From Thermoplasmatales archaeon SG8-52-3 (GTDB lineage: Archaea; Thermoplasmatota; E2; DHVEG-1): a DNA stretch of 64,000 nt. Positions within the stretch are counted from its first letter, which is position 1, and every line of letters begins with the position of its first letter. Where the stretch lies: the NCBI GenBank assembly GCA_001595915.1, contig LSSG01000053.1, forward strand, positions 3,416 to 67,415, given 5' to 3'. Shown here in pieces: positions 1-9,688 of this stretch. The notes under the pieces were generated by a model. The model was not told the origin of the DNA and searched no databases. It saw only the letters and a list, made by a program, of their open reading frames with translations. A program made the translations under genes and the position numbers.

Positions 1-583
1 TATCATAAGTATTTTTGTTTAAGGCTGAAAATAACTTTTTTTTATCCTCTTTATAAATTTTGATAATATTTTCTTTAAATTTGGTATCGTTTCCATACAT
101 AGCCATTTGAAATTCGTATTTTCTTTTAGGATTATTTACGATTCTTCCATAACTTGGTATGCCATTTGTCCAAGGTTTTTGAAAAAATTGGAAAATATTT
201 GTTTCATTTCTATCTACTATATAATTAGCAGTTTTTACAAAAAGATCACCTCCGAACAAAGGTGCAAAAATATTATACCAAATCCATAAATCAAGAAACG
301 GAGGTAGTATATTACCTATTTTTGCCCACCATTTCTGTTTAGTGTTAATTCCTAAACCAGAAATTTGAGCTTGCTTAACCCACATTTCCATAATTTCATC
401 GTTAATTTTTCCAGTTAACATGCTTCCCCAAATTGGAGGAGTGACAATTACTTTATAATCAGATAAATCTAATTTAGAATGTTTTTTTTGCATTATATTT
501 TGGAGTTTCCATTTTTTAACTAAAGAAAATTCAAGGCCATCTATTCCAAATACAATTATTTTTGGATAATAAGATTTTTTCAT
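1..583 (-). CDS. Alkaline-phosphatase-superfamily (nucleotide pyrophosphatase/phosphodiesterase-like) protein, C-terminus cut by the window edge
   Basis: Reverse-strand ORF starting at ATG 583..581 (MKKSYYPKIIVFGIDGLEFSLV...). The IDGL motif is typical of the AlkP/NPP core. No sulfatase CxPxR motif. Runs off the window. Confidence 0.4.
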   Translation of the reverse strand, partial: MKKSYYPKIIVFGIDGLEFSLVKKWKLQNIMQKKHSKLDLSDYKVIVTPPIWGSMLTGKINDEIMEMWVKQAQISGLGINTKQKWWAKIGNILPPFLDLWIWYNIFAPLFGGDLFVKTANYIVDRNETNIFQFFQKPWTNGIPSYGRIVNNPKRKYEFQMAMYGNDTKFKENIIKIYKEDKKKLFSALNKNTYD

Positions 584-677
584 TTTTTTATTCCTTTTTT
601 AAAAAATAATCATTTAATTTTAACTTAAAAGTTTAATCATTAATTGAAAAAATTTGATTTCTTTTTTGATTAAAATG

Positions 678-1973
678 TTATTTTACAATTCTTTTAAAAT
701 TTATTTTAAACTTAAATTTAGGATATATATCAAATTTAATATCAATTTTTTTTCTAAAATAATGTGAATCAAAACTTGATAATAAACCCAATTTATTTTT
801 TGTTTTTTCAAAATTGATTTTTAAGGAATTATATCCAATAGGTTTTAACAATCTATGAGATTCAATTTTGGAAAATCCTTTAAGAATAATTTTCTTTTTA
901 CAATCATTATAATAACCAGATATTTTACAAGGTACTTCAGATATTAAAAAACCAAGTAGATTTTTTTCAATAGTTGCTTCAGTTATATCTTCAGAACTTT
1001 CAGAAAGATTTTTTATGTTCAAAAAAAGAGTTTCATTTTCTTTTTTTGCAATAATTTGAAGTTCAATTGGATAATAAAAATCATATTTCTTTAAATATTT
1101 CATTTTTTTGTATTTGAATTGTATATTACTAAATTCAGTATAATTTTTTCCATCCTTTGAAAAAATCAAAATTCCAGTCCCAATTCCATCCATAATCCAA
1201 AACATCATATTTCCAAAAAAAATGCTCCATTCATTATCTAAAACAGCCCAAATCCAATCATATCCTGGAGGTCTATTATTGGTGCTAAACGTTATTGAAT
1301 TAGGAATTTTTAAATCCTGATTACGTAACCAATTTAAAATTAGTTTAAGATAAGTAGAAATTGTTTTTTTTAAAGATACTTTAGAAGAAAAAATAGAAAT
1401 ATATGAAAAATTTCCCCAAATATGTTCAAAATATCCTTTCCCTTCTAAGGTAAACTTGTTATTATTTATTTTAATATATCCCAATATTTTATTTTTTGGA
1501 ATAAAACCATATTCAAAATATCCTAAATTCCATGGAAGTGATCCATTTGTTATTTTTTGAGCAACCCAGTAAGGTAATGAATTTGAATGGAATTTTAAAT
1601 TTAAGTTTATATTATTGTCTAAATCAAAAAAATACATTTTGTAATTAGGATAAGATCCAGTAATATACGATTTCTCATATTTAATATTAAAAAATTCTTT
1701 TTCTGTATCTAACTTATTTTTATCTTTCAATGAACTGTATTTATAAATTTTATTATTATCTAAATCAAAAATAGATATTGAATATGATGTCCATAATGTT
1801 TTATCCCTACCAATACCCTGAAAAATTGTTGATTTAAAACAAAAATTTTTATTGTTTTCAATTGTTTTAAAAAATCCTTCTGCACACCACCATTCTTTTG
1901 TACAAGGATAATATTCTTTTTCGAATTTTTTAGCCAAATTAAATTTCTTTTCTTTTAACATTGGCATAACCAC
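678..1973 (-). CDS. Hypothetical protein (431 aa), possibly CrtC/AttH-like lipocalin fold
   Basis: Long ORF with an N-terminal EWW(C) motif reminiscent of the EWWY motif of hydroxyneurosporene-synthase/AttH-like proteins. The assignment is weak. Confidence 0.3.
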   Translation of the reverse strand: MVMPMLKEKKFNLAKKFEKEYYPCTKEWWCAEGFFKTIENNKNFCFKSTIFQGIGRDKTLWTSYSISIFDLDNNKIYKYSSLKDKNKLDTEKEFFNIKYEKSYITGSYPNYKMYFFDLDNNINLNLKFHSNSLPYWVAQKITNGSLPWNLGYFEYGFIPKNKILGYIKINNNKFTLEGKGYFEHIWGNFSYISIFSSKVSLKKTISTYLKLILNWLRNQDLKIPNSITFSTNNRPPGYDWIWAVLDNEWSIFFGNMMFWIMDGIGTGILIFSKDGKNYTEFSNIQFKYKKMKYLKKYDFYYPIELQIIAKKENETLFLNIKNLSESSEDITEATIEKNLLGFLISEVPCKISGYYNDCKKKIILKGFSKIESHRLLKPIGYNSLKINFEKTKNKLGLLSSFDSHYFRKKIDIKFDIYPKFKFKINFKRIVK

Positions 1974-2042
1974 AGATTTTCAATTTGGACAGTTTTTCTA
2001 CTAATTTTAACTTTTAAATATTTTTTATAGATATGATAATCA

Positions 2043-3173
2043 CTAATATTCTGAAACATATTTTGCTATATTTACCCCATTAGTAATCCATGCTTTTTTC
2101 TCACAACAATATTTTAAGATTTTTTCATATAATTTAGTCCATTCTGAATCAAATAACCCTGCATAAGAAACTGGATAAGAAAAAGTCCAATTATGCCAAA
2201 GAATTGTTAAAACACCATTTAATTTTTCAATATTATCTATTAATTTTTTTAATAAAATCCAAGCTTCTTTTACACCAATTTTCATATATGAAAACATGGT
2301 AATATCTGCAACACAAACTGGAATTTCTAAAATATCAATTTTTTTATTTTGATTTAAATCATATGGAAAAAAAGGATGACACATTCCATTTCTGAAACCT
2401 ATCATGTCATAATATCCATAACTTGAATCATAAAAAAATCCTGCTTGATTTAATATTTCCCAAGTTCTTGGAATTTTAAATCTTAATATATGATTTCTAA
2501 CCCCAATAACTCTTTTTTTAGTAATTTTTTCTAACTTTTTTTTCTCTTTTTTTATTTTTTCTAAATCATCAAAACTATAAAATCCAGTATGGAGTCCAAT
2601 TTCACAATTATTGTCTATTATATCTAATATTTCATCCTGAATTTCATCTATGTGATATTTTTTACCAAAAATATCTTGCTGAGTTGCAAGAAAAAAGAAT
2701 GTTGAAATAGCATTGTATTTTTCTTCAAGATTGATAATTTTTTTAAAATTAATGTAAGGTTTTTCTTTTTTTAAATATGAAAAAATAAATTTTTTAGTAC
2801 CAAAATAATCCCTATGAAAGGGATAAGGAATAATTGAACGGAATAATTGTTTACCTGTAATATTTATGTCATCAACGTCATGGGATAAAAAAACTGCAAA
2901 TTTTTTTCCATCTTCATATTCAAAATTAAATCCTTTTTTAATTAAATATTCTGAAACAATTGGAATTAATACATTCTTTTGTTTTGTTAATTTATAAGAT
3001 AAAATATCATTTTTTATTGATTCACTTATCCTATATTCTTCTTTTTTTAAAAAAAGATTCCATATATCTTTGTCTTTTTTTAGTTCATTATGTATATAAT
3101 TCCAGTTTGGCTTTGAATTAGAATGTGAAGCCATCAAATTAGTAATATAACACATAATCAAATATTCTTTCAT
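2043..3173 (-). CDS. Polysaccharide deacetylase (CE4/NodB family)
   Basis: FLSHDVDD and LHTGFY motifs typical of the NodB homology domain. 376 aa. Confidence 0.6.
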   Translation of the reverse strand: MKEYLIMCYITNLMASHSNSKPNWNYIHNELKKDKDIWNLFLKKEEYRISESIKNDILSYKLTKQKNVLIPIVSEYLIKKGFNFEYEDGKKFAVFLSHDVDDINITGKQLFRSIIPYPFHRDYFGTKKFIFSYLKKEKPYINFKKIINLEEKYNAISTFFFLATQQDIFGKKYHIDEIQDEILDIIDNNCEIGLHTGFYSFDDLEKIKKEKKKLEKITKKRVIGVRNHILRFKIPRTWEILNQAGFFYDSSYGYYDMIGFRNGMCHPFFPYDLNQNKKIDILEIPVCVADITMFSYMKIGVKEAWILLKKLIDNIEKLNGVLTILWHNWTFSYPVSYAGLFDSEWTKLYEKILKYCCEKKAWITNGVNIAKYVSEY

Positions 3174-3259
3174 TTTTAATTTTTAAAAATCAAAAAATAT
3201 TGTTTCAATAAATCTTTAATAAAAGTATAAATAACATTATCTAATTTTAAAGACAAAAA

Positions 3260-4486
3260 ATGAAAAAGTATTCTATATTAATAAAAAGTGCTCACTGGAC
3301 ATGTTTACCAAATTTAATTTTTTGTTCAATGTTATATCAATATTTTTTAAAAAATGGTCATAGAATAACAAAAGAACCAACAAAAGCAGATTTTATTATA
3401 ATTAGTACCTGTGGAGTATTGACACAAATCGAAGATAAAACTATTGATCTATACAATAATTATAAAAATTTGAAACGAAAAGATGCTCAAATAATTATGT
3501 TTGGTTGCCTTTTAAAAACTAATAAAGAAAAAATAAAAAATTTAGATTTTTATCATATTGAATTCGAAGAGACTTATAAACTAGATTTATTGTTTTATTC
3601 AAAAATTAAGTTTGAAAAAATAAAACCAATTTGTGATGAAGAAACTAAGACTAAATTGCTTTATAATGAAAAAACCCATGGTTTTGTAAAAAGATATCCA
3701 TTTTTTTTAACTAAAATGTTTTTTCCATTTTCAAAAAAACTTAAGTTAAAATATAAAATAATAATTAAAGATCTTACTCATAAAGATAGAATTTTTGTTT
3801 TAATTAGTAGAGGTTGTATTAGTAATTGTAATTATTGTGTTATTAAAAAAGCCAAAGGACGATTAGTATCTAGAACTATTAAAGACATTTTAAATGACAT
3901 AGAATCAATATATGATCCAAAGAAAACACTTTTTTTAGTAGCCGATGACTGTGGTTGTTATGGATTTGATTTAAAAACAAATTTAATAGACTTAGTATAC
4001 AAAATAAATAAAAAATTTCCAAAAACAAAAATTGACTTAAATTATCTCAATCCAACAATTTTACAAAATGATGCTGATAAATATGTACAGTTATTCAAAG
4101 ATATTTCTTTTAGATATGTTATAGTACCTTTACAAAGTGGATCCAATAAAATAATTAAAAAAATGAATCGTAAATATGATGTTAAAAAAGTTTTAGCTTT
4201 TGCTGATAAAATTAAGAAAATATCTCCAGATACAATTCTATATGCACATTTTATTATAAACTATCCAGAAGAAAACATAATAGATTTTTTAAAAACTTTA
4301 ATTACATTATTTCATTTCGATGTTCCATTACCATTTATTTATACTCCAATGAAAGGAACAAATAGTTTTTCTACAATAAAAATAGTTTCAAAAATAAAAG
4401 GTAGATTAAAATGGTATGTTTTTATGAGCATTTCCAATATAGTTATTTTATTTAAAACAATTAAATATCAAAAATTAGTTGAATGA
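3260..4486 (+). CDS. Radical SAM enzyme with MiaB/MTTase-like N-terminal domain
   Basis: N-terminal TC...ADFIIISTCGV...GCL pattern (MTTase_N-like), then CxxxCxxC (GCISNCNYC). No obvious TRAM domain. Confidence 0.6.
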   Translation: MKKYSILIKSAHWTCLPNLIFCSMLYQYFLKNGHRITKEPTKADFIIISTCGVLTQIEDKTIDLYNNYKNLKRKDAQIIMFGCLLKTNKEKIKNLDFYHIEFEETYKLDLLFYSKIKFEKIKPICDEETKTKLLYNEKTHGFVKRYPFFLTKMFFPFSKKLKLKYKIIIKDLTHKDRIFVLISRGCISNCNYCVIKKAKGRLVSRTIKDILNDIESIYDPKKTLFLVADDCGCYGFDLKTNLIDLVYKINKKFPKTKIDLNYLNPTILQNDADKYVQLFKDISFRYVIVPLQSGSNKIIKKMNRKYDVKKVLAFADKIKKISPDTILYAHFIINYPEENIIDFLKTLITLFHFDVPLPFIYTPMKGTNSFSTIKIVSKIKGRLKWYVFMSISNIVILFKTIKYQKLVE

Positions 4487-4519
4487 CAATTAGTTAAAAA
4501 ATATAAAGTAGGTATTATC

Positions 4520-5110
4520 TTGCCGAATTTCCTAAATGATAGAGATTTAAAATTGAATATTTCAACATTAATAATATACAATAGTAAACCTTATTCTTTT
4601 TTTAAGAAAATTTCACCATGGTATTGGTTCATCCGCCCAATGACAAAATATTTACTAAATAATTATTCCAATAATAAACTAATTGGAGTTGAGATAGGAG
4701 TAGAATATGGTCTTAATGCAAAGACAATGCTAAAATTCCTTTCTATTGAGAAATTATTTTTGATTGATCCTTATAAAGATAAACTTGGAGATGAATGTTT
4801 TAAACAAACAAAAATTTTTTTAAGAAAATATAGTAATAAAATTATATTTATTAGAAAATCCTCTGAATCTGCAGTAAACGATATTCCAAATAATTTAGAT
4901 TTTGTTTATATTGATGGAAGCCATGAATATAAATTTGTAAAAAAGGATATTGAACTTTATTATGATAAAATAAAATCAGGTGGATTAATTGGAGGTCATG
5001 ATTTTTGGGCAGATCATATAGGAGTTTGTAAAGCAGTACTTGAATTTGCAAATGAAAATAAATTAAAAATTAATGGAAATTTAACAGATTGGTGGATTAT
5101 AAAAAAATAA
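4520..5110 (+). CDS. Class I SAM-dependent methyltransferase (TylF/CmcI, Methyltransf_24-like)
   Basis: GVEIGVEYG, DGSHEY and GGLIGGHD motifs as in macrocin-O-methyltransferase-like sugar O-methyltransferases. Confidence 0.55.
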   Translation: MPNFLNDRDLKLNISTLIIYNSKPYSFFKKISPWYWFIRPMTKYLLNNYSNNKLIGVEIGVEYGLNAKTMLKFLSIEKLFLIDPYKDKLGDECFKQTKIFLRKYSNKIIFIRKSSESAVNDIPNNLDFVYIDGSHEYKFVKKDIELYYDKIKSGGLIGGHDFWADHIGVCKAVLEFANENKLKINGNLTDWWIIKK

Positions 5111-5124
5111 TATAATGGCATATT

Positions 5125-6090
5125 ATGTTTGAACAAACATTTAGATTGTTAGATTTAGTAAAATTATATGGTTTTGCTACCATATATAAAAGACCATTAA
5201 GATATACTCATGAAATTACAAGAAGGTGTAATCTTTATTGTCCTAACTGTTATGTTTATAATTTTAACCCAGATTATAAAAATAAAACAAGATTAGAAAT
5301 ATTTGACGAAGTAAAAAAAAATGAGCTAACATTAGAAGACTATAAAAAAATTTTTCAAGAAGAAAAGAAAAAGGGTTGCAGATCAGTTTTTTTAATAGGT
5401 GGCGAACCGACTTTACGAATGGATATCATAAAAATTGCTTATGGATATTTTGGAAGAAATACATCTCTTATTACAAATGGTTTAATTAAAATTCCAACAA
5501 TTTTAAAGATTCCTTTTGCAGTTTCCATTGATGGTGGGAAAATAGTTCATGATGAAATTCGTGGAAATGGTACTTGGAATCGTATTTTTGAAAACTATTC
5601 AGATGATTATAGAGTGATGCTATCATGCTGTTTAAGAAAAAATACTGCAAATCAAATTCAAAAAGTAATTGATGAATGGATTGATACAGATGTTTTTGGA
5701 GTTTCATTTTTTTTCTTAACACCTTCAAAAAAAAATTCTTCTATTACAGTTATTGGAAACGAAAGAAATTATGCAAAAAAAGAATTACATAGGGTTGTTG
5801 ATGAATATCCGAATTTTGTTAGAATGACGCATCAACTAGTTGACCTTTTAGGTGAATTGAATAAAGGTCAATGTCCTGTTTTTAATTATTCATTATGGTA
5901 TGATTATAAAGGTGATTTAATTGATTATTGCCTACTTGGAAAAGATGCTGATTGTAATCTTTGTGGTTGTATTTCACCTCTTTATTTAAAAATGTTTTCA
6001 AGTTGGTGGAAATTATTAAATAAAAAATCCCTAGATATATTTACTCTACCTCGCGATATAAAACAATGTAGAAAGAGAGGACAAAAATAA
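5125..6090 (+). CDS. Radical SAM/SPASM-domain protein
   Basis: CNLYCPNC (CxxxCxxC) near the N-terminus. C-terminal Cys-rich auxiliary-cluster region (CPVFNYSLWYD...CNLCGC). Confidence 0.7.
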   Translation: MFEQTFRLLDLVKLYGFATIYKRPLRYTHEITRRCNLYCPNCYVYNFNPDYKNKTRLEIFDEVKKNELTLEDYKKIFQEEKKKGCRSVFLIGGEPTLRMDIIKIAYGYFGRNTSLITNGLIKIPTILKIPFAVSIDGGKIVHDEIRGNGTWNRIFENYSDDYRVMLSCCLRKNTANQIQKVIDEWIDTDVFGVSFFFLTPSKKNSSITVIGNERNYAKKELHRVVDEYPNFVRMTHQLVDLLGELNKGQCPVFNYSLWYDYKGDLIDYCLLGKDADCNLCGCISPLYLKMFSSWWKLLNKKSLDIFTLPRDIKQCRKRGQK

Positions 6091-6103
6091 TAGGAAATAG
6101 TTT

Positions 6104-7447
6104 ATGAAAATATTATTAATTTGGCCGAGAAAATCATCATTGCTTTTTGATAATTCAAATATGGTAAAAATTTTTTCTATGTTTCTTTCAAGAATGAGTT
6201 TCCGTCGAAAACCAATAGTTTATTCAATTTTATCTGCTCTTACTCCTAATCATCATACTATTGATATTGCTGAAGGAGAAATAAATGATATAAATTTTAA
6301 CAAGGTTTATGACTTAGTTGGAATAACAAGTGTTACATCAAATGCTATTTTGTCTTATGAGATTGCAGATAAATTTAGAAAGCATAAAATACCTGTAGTT
6401 ATTGGAGGCCTTCATCCTTCTGTTTATCCTGAGGAAGCAAAAAAACATGCAGATTCTGTTGTAATAGGCGATGCTGAAGAAATTTGGCCAAAATTATTAA
6501 AAGATTTAGAAAACAATAAATTAAAACCATTCTATTATCAAAATCGTGTTGTTAATCCTAAACTAATTCCTCCATCTAAAAATGTTTATAAAAAAGGAAC
6601 TGGAATAGGCATTCAAGCAACAAGAGGATGTCCACAGAAATGTGAATTTTGCTCTATTCCAAATACTAAATTTGGAAATATTTATACAAAAAGACCAATT
6701 GAAAATGTAATAGAAGATATCAATAAATGTGAAAGAAAAATCTTTATTTTTCAAGATAACTCTTTAACTGTTGATACAAATTATACAAAAAAACTTTTTA
6801 GCAAGCTTATTGGAATAAATAAGAAATTCCTAGCATATGGAAATATTGACATTTTAGGAAAAGATGAAGAACTTTTAAAATTAGCAAATGAAGCTGGTTG
6901 TGTAGGATGGTTGATTGGTTTTGAGTCTGTATCTCAAGCATCAATAGATAGTATTGGAAAAAAAACAAATATTGTTAAAAATTATTTATCTGCTGTAAAA
7001 AAAATACATGATTTTGGTATGATTATTGAGGCTTCATTTGTATTTGGATTTGATCATGATAAAAAAGATATTTTTAATAAAACAGATGAATTTATTAGAT
7101 TGAGTGAAATAGGAATTCCTTTTGGTTTAATACTTACACCATATCCTGGAACAATACTATATAATCGATTGGAAAGAGAAAAAAGGATATTAACAAAAGA
7201 TTGGGATAAATATGATGGACTAAATGCAGTATTTAAACCTAAACATATGAGTTCTGAAACGCTTTTAAATAATACTGAGGCTCTAAATTTAAAATGGCAT
7301 AAAGGTTTGAATAGTATTGAAAGAATTATAAAAAATATGAGTTTTGGGTTTTATCCATTTACTGAAACATTAGTTATAGAAATTTATTGGAAATTAATTT
7401 ATCAAAGAATTGGAAAATTAAGTAATTTATATAGTAAAATACTCTAA
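6104..7447 (+). CDS. B12-binding (class B) radical SAM enzyme
   Basis: N-terminal cobalamin-binding Rossmann-like region (VGITSVTS...VVIGGLHPS), followed by TRGCPQKCEFC. Confidence 0.75.
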   Translation: MKILLIWPRKSSLLFDNSNMVKIFSMFLSRMSFRRKPIVYSILSALTPNHHTIDIAEGEINDINFNKVYDLVGITSVTSNAILSYEIADKFRKHKIPVVIGGLHPSVYPEEAKKHADSVVIGDAEEIWPKLLKDLENNKLKPFYYQNRVVNPKLIPPSKNVYKKGTGIGIQATRGCPQKCEFCSIPNTKFGNIYTKRPIENVIEDINKCERKIFIFQDNSLTVDTNYTKKLFSKLIGINKKFLAYGNIDILGKDEELLKLANEAGCVGWLIGFESVSQASIDSIGKKTNIVKNYLSAVKKIHDFGMIIEASFVFGFDHDKKDIFNKTDEFIRLSEIGIPFGLILTPYPGTILYNRLEREKRILTKDWDKYDGLNAVFKPKHMSSETLLNNTEALNLKWHKGLNSIERIIKNMSFGFYPFTETLVIEIYWKLIYQRIGKLSNLYSKIL

Positions 7448-7449
7448 AG

Positions 7450-8454
7450 ATGTCAAATACTGATAAAAAATCTGAAATAATTCAAAGCTTTAATAATTAC
7501 ATTTTTTCAAAAAAAACATTTGATATTAAAGATACAGTTTTAGTTGCTGGTTCCCCAAGGTCAGGAACAACATGGATTACTGAATTATTAGCATATTTAC
7601 CAAAATATACCTATATTTTTGAACCTTTAAACCCGGTATGGAATCCTGAAATATTTAAAATTGGATTTTCTTCAAGAATGTATATTTCAAAAAATACTAA
7701 ATGGAATGAAGGAAAAAATTATCTTCTAGATGTTTTTACTGGAAAAACATCAAATTTACCAATAAAGGGAAGTATATCGAAAAGCATTATACCTGGTTTT
7801 TCATTAAATAAATTCTTTCATTTTTTATTAGGAAATAAGCTTATTATAAAATCTACAAATATGAATAGAATGCTTTCATGGATTAACAATAATTTTCAAT
7901 TACGCGATATCGTTTTAATTATTAGACATCCATGTGCATGTATTGCTTCTCAGATGAAGTCAGGTCTTTATGGATATCGAACTAATAAATCTCCTTATAT
8001 AGATATTATACCTACAAAAGAAATAATTTTAGATGAAATTCAAAAAATTTCTGAATTAAATGATTCGTTAATTAAAAAGATTAAAAATATCGATAAAAAA
8101 GAAGAGATATTTGCTACTGCATGGTGTCTTGATAATTATTTTTTAATTTCTCAAAAAAATTTTTACCCATGGAAATTAATTTTTTATGAAAAATTAATAA
8201 AAAATTCTGATGAAGAAATTATTAATCTTTTTAAAAAAATTGGGGAGAAAAAAGTACCTAAAAATGTGTTTAAAAATTTAAAAAAGCCAAGTTCAGTAAC
8301 AATGAAAGAAGATAAGAAATATATTAATCATCCAAATAAACAATTATCAAAATGGAAAGATTATCTTTCAGAGAAACAAATAAAGAGAATATTAAATGTA
8401 TTATCTATCTTTGAAATCGATTTATATAATGAAAATCTTGAACCTAATTATTAA
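7450..8454 (+). CDS. Sulfotransferase (PAPS-dependent, Sulfotransfer_3-like)
   Basis: 5'-PSB loop AGSPRSGTTW near the N-terminus. About 330 aa. Starts 3 nt after the upstream gene. Confidence 0.65.
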   Translation: MSNTDKKSEIIQSFNNYIFSKKTFDIKDTVLVAGSPRSGTTWITELLAYLPKYTYIFEPLNPVWNPEIFKIGFSSRMYISKNTKWNEGKNYLLDVFTGKTSNLPIKGSISKSIIPGFSLNKFFHFLLGNKLIIKSTNMNRMLSWINNNFQLRDIVLIIRHPCACIASQMKSGLYGYRTNKSPYIDIIPTKEIILDEIQKISELNDSLIKKIKNIDKKEEIFATAWCLDNYFLISQKNFYPWKLIFYEKLIKNSDEEIINLFKKIGEKKVPKNVFKNLKKPSSVTMKEDKKYINHPNKQLSKWKDYLSEKQIKRILNVLSIFEIDLYNENLEPNY

Positions 8455-8466
8455 ATAAAATATTAA

Positions 8467-9675
8467 CTATTTTTTTCTAATGTCCCCAACTTCAAAACCA
8501 CTATAAAATGTTGTTCTATCATTTTTTAATAGTTCAATTACCATATTCTTATCTTGATGAAATTCTAAAATATCTTTTGGTATGTATCTATCTTTTCTTG
8601 TTATTGAATAAAAAATTCTACTTTTATTTTTTCCGACTCTTATAATTTCTATTAAATTTTTTTTAAAATTTTTATCATCAATCCAATCAAAAATATTTGA
8701 AAGAAAAAATTTTGAAATTGAATTATCTTTAATTTCTTTTAAAGTATCAAATACTGATGCAGTTTTTATTTCTATTTTTTTAATTCTTTCTTTTAAAATC
8801 TTATAATTTTCTTGCTTTAAATAAGGGTAGTAATGGTTTTCATTTAATAAATATCCTAACAAAATTAATGATAAAAAAGAATTGTATTTTATTGGTATTT
8901 TTGTGTATATATCCTCAATTTTTTTTATATGATTTTTTGTAAAATTAACATTTTTAATATATCCTAAATAATCAGATTTTTTACGACCATGATAAAATTC
9001 AATTAAAAATCTAAAACATAATGATATCCTAATAAAATACTTATTATAGCCAAAAAAATGACCTAGTTGCCATGGCATACCATAGATATGTTTAAAAAAA
9101 TAGTCAGTTTGTTCCTTAATTGTTTCGCATAAAAAAAAATTTTTAATTAACTTTTCACCTTTTAAGAATCTTAAAAATAAACCAAAATTTTTAACATTTT
9201 GTTCTCCAACATTTAATAATCCTTTTTTAATTACAAAAGAATTTTTATCCCAAAAATTTCTAGCGTTTTTATTTAAATCTTTTTTTATAGAATTATAAAT
9301 TGATAAATTATTTTTTAAAGATTTTAAACCCATTAGTTTTAAAAAATCTAAATATTCAAGATTTTTTATTGCAGTTATTTTTAATTCTAATAAATAATTT
9401 TGAAAAGGATTAAAATCAACAGATATTATCTTTTTTGGATTATGTAAAAGTAAATTTAGAATGTTACAACCATTAGAAGTAATAGAAAATACTACATCAT
9501 TACTATTTATTTTGAGAGCTTTTTCAATTTGTAAAATATCTTCCCAACAATTGTAAAAATCTATCTTATTCATTATTTTTTGATCTGAAAAACTAAGTTT
9601 AGTGATATTTTTATCTTCCATTCCAATTTTAGAATCAATTTTTAATATAATATTTTTAAGCTTTGAAATATTCAA
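8467..9675 (-). CDS. DUF3419/BtaA-like SAM-dependent 3-amino-3-carboxypropyl-transferase-like protein
   Basis: FYNCWEDILQ...VFSITSNGCNILNLL...ISVDFNPFQ resembles the conserved N-terminal region of the DUF3419 (BtaA) family. About 400 aa. Confidence 0.45.
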   Translation of the reverse strand: MNISKLKNIILKIDSKIGMEDKNITKLSFSDQKIMNKIDFYNCWEDILQIEKALKINSNDVVFSITSNGCNILNLLLHNPKKIISVDFNPFQNYLLELKITAIKNLEYLDFLKLMGLKSLKNNLSIYNSIKKDLNKNARNFWDKNSFVIKKGLLNVGEQNVKNFGLFLRFLKGEKLIKNFFLCETIKEQTDYFFKHIYGMPWQLGHFFGYNKYFIRISLCFRFLIEFYHGRKKSDYLGYIKNVNFTKNHIKKIEDIYTKIPIKYNSFLSLILLGYLLNENHYYPYLKQENYKILKERIKKIEIKTASVFDTLKEIKDNSISKFFLSNIFDWIDDKNFKKNLIEIIRVGKNKSRIFYSITRKDRYIPKDILEFHQDKNMVIELLKNDRTTFYSGFEVGDIRKK

Positions 9676-9688
9676 AAATTGTAAAATA

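Noticed and set aside
1-583. AlkP-superfamily ORF as an arylsulfatase partnered with the SPASM radical SAMs (an anSME-type system).
   Set aside because: No C/S-x-P-x-R formylglycine motif near the N-terminus. The IDGL motif fits the NPP/phosphodiesterase type better.
9602-9688. N-terminal extensions proposed by the ORF track (9602 for GT4, 45326 for the receiver, 51355 for YjbQ, 52440 TTG for the large protein, 44566..45075 long form).
   Set aside because: The extensions overlap neighbouring genes or lack SD motifs. Internal ATGs preceded by SD motifs give N-termini that match family expectations.
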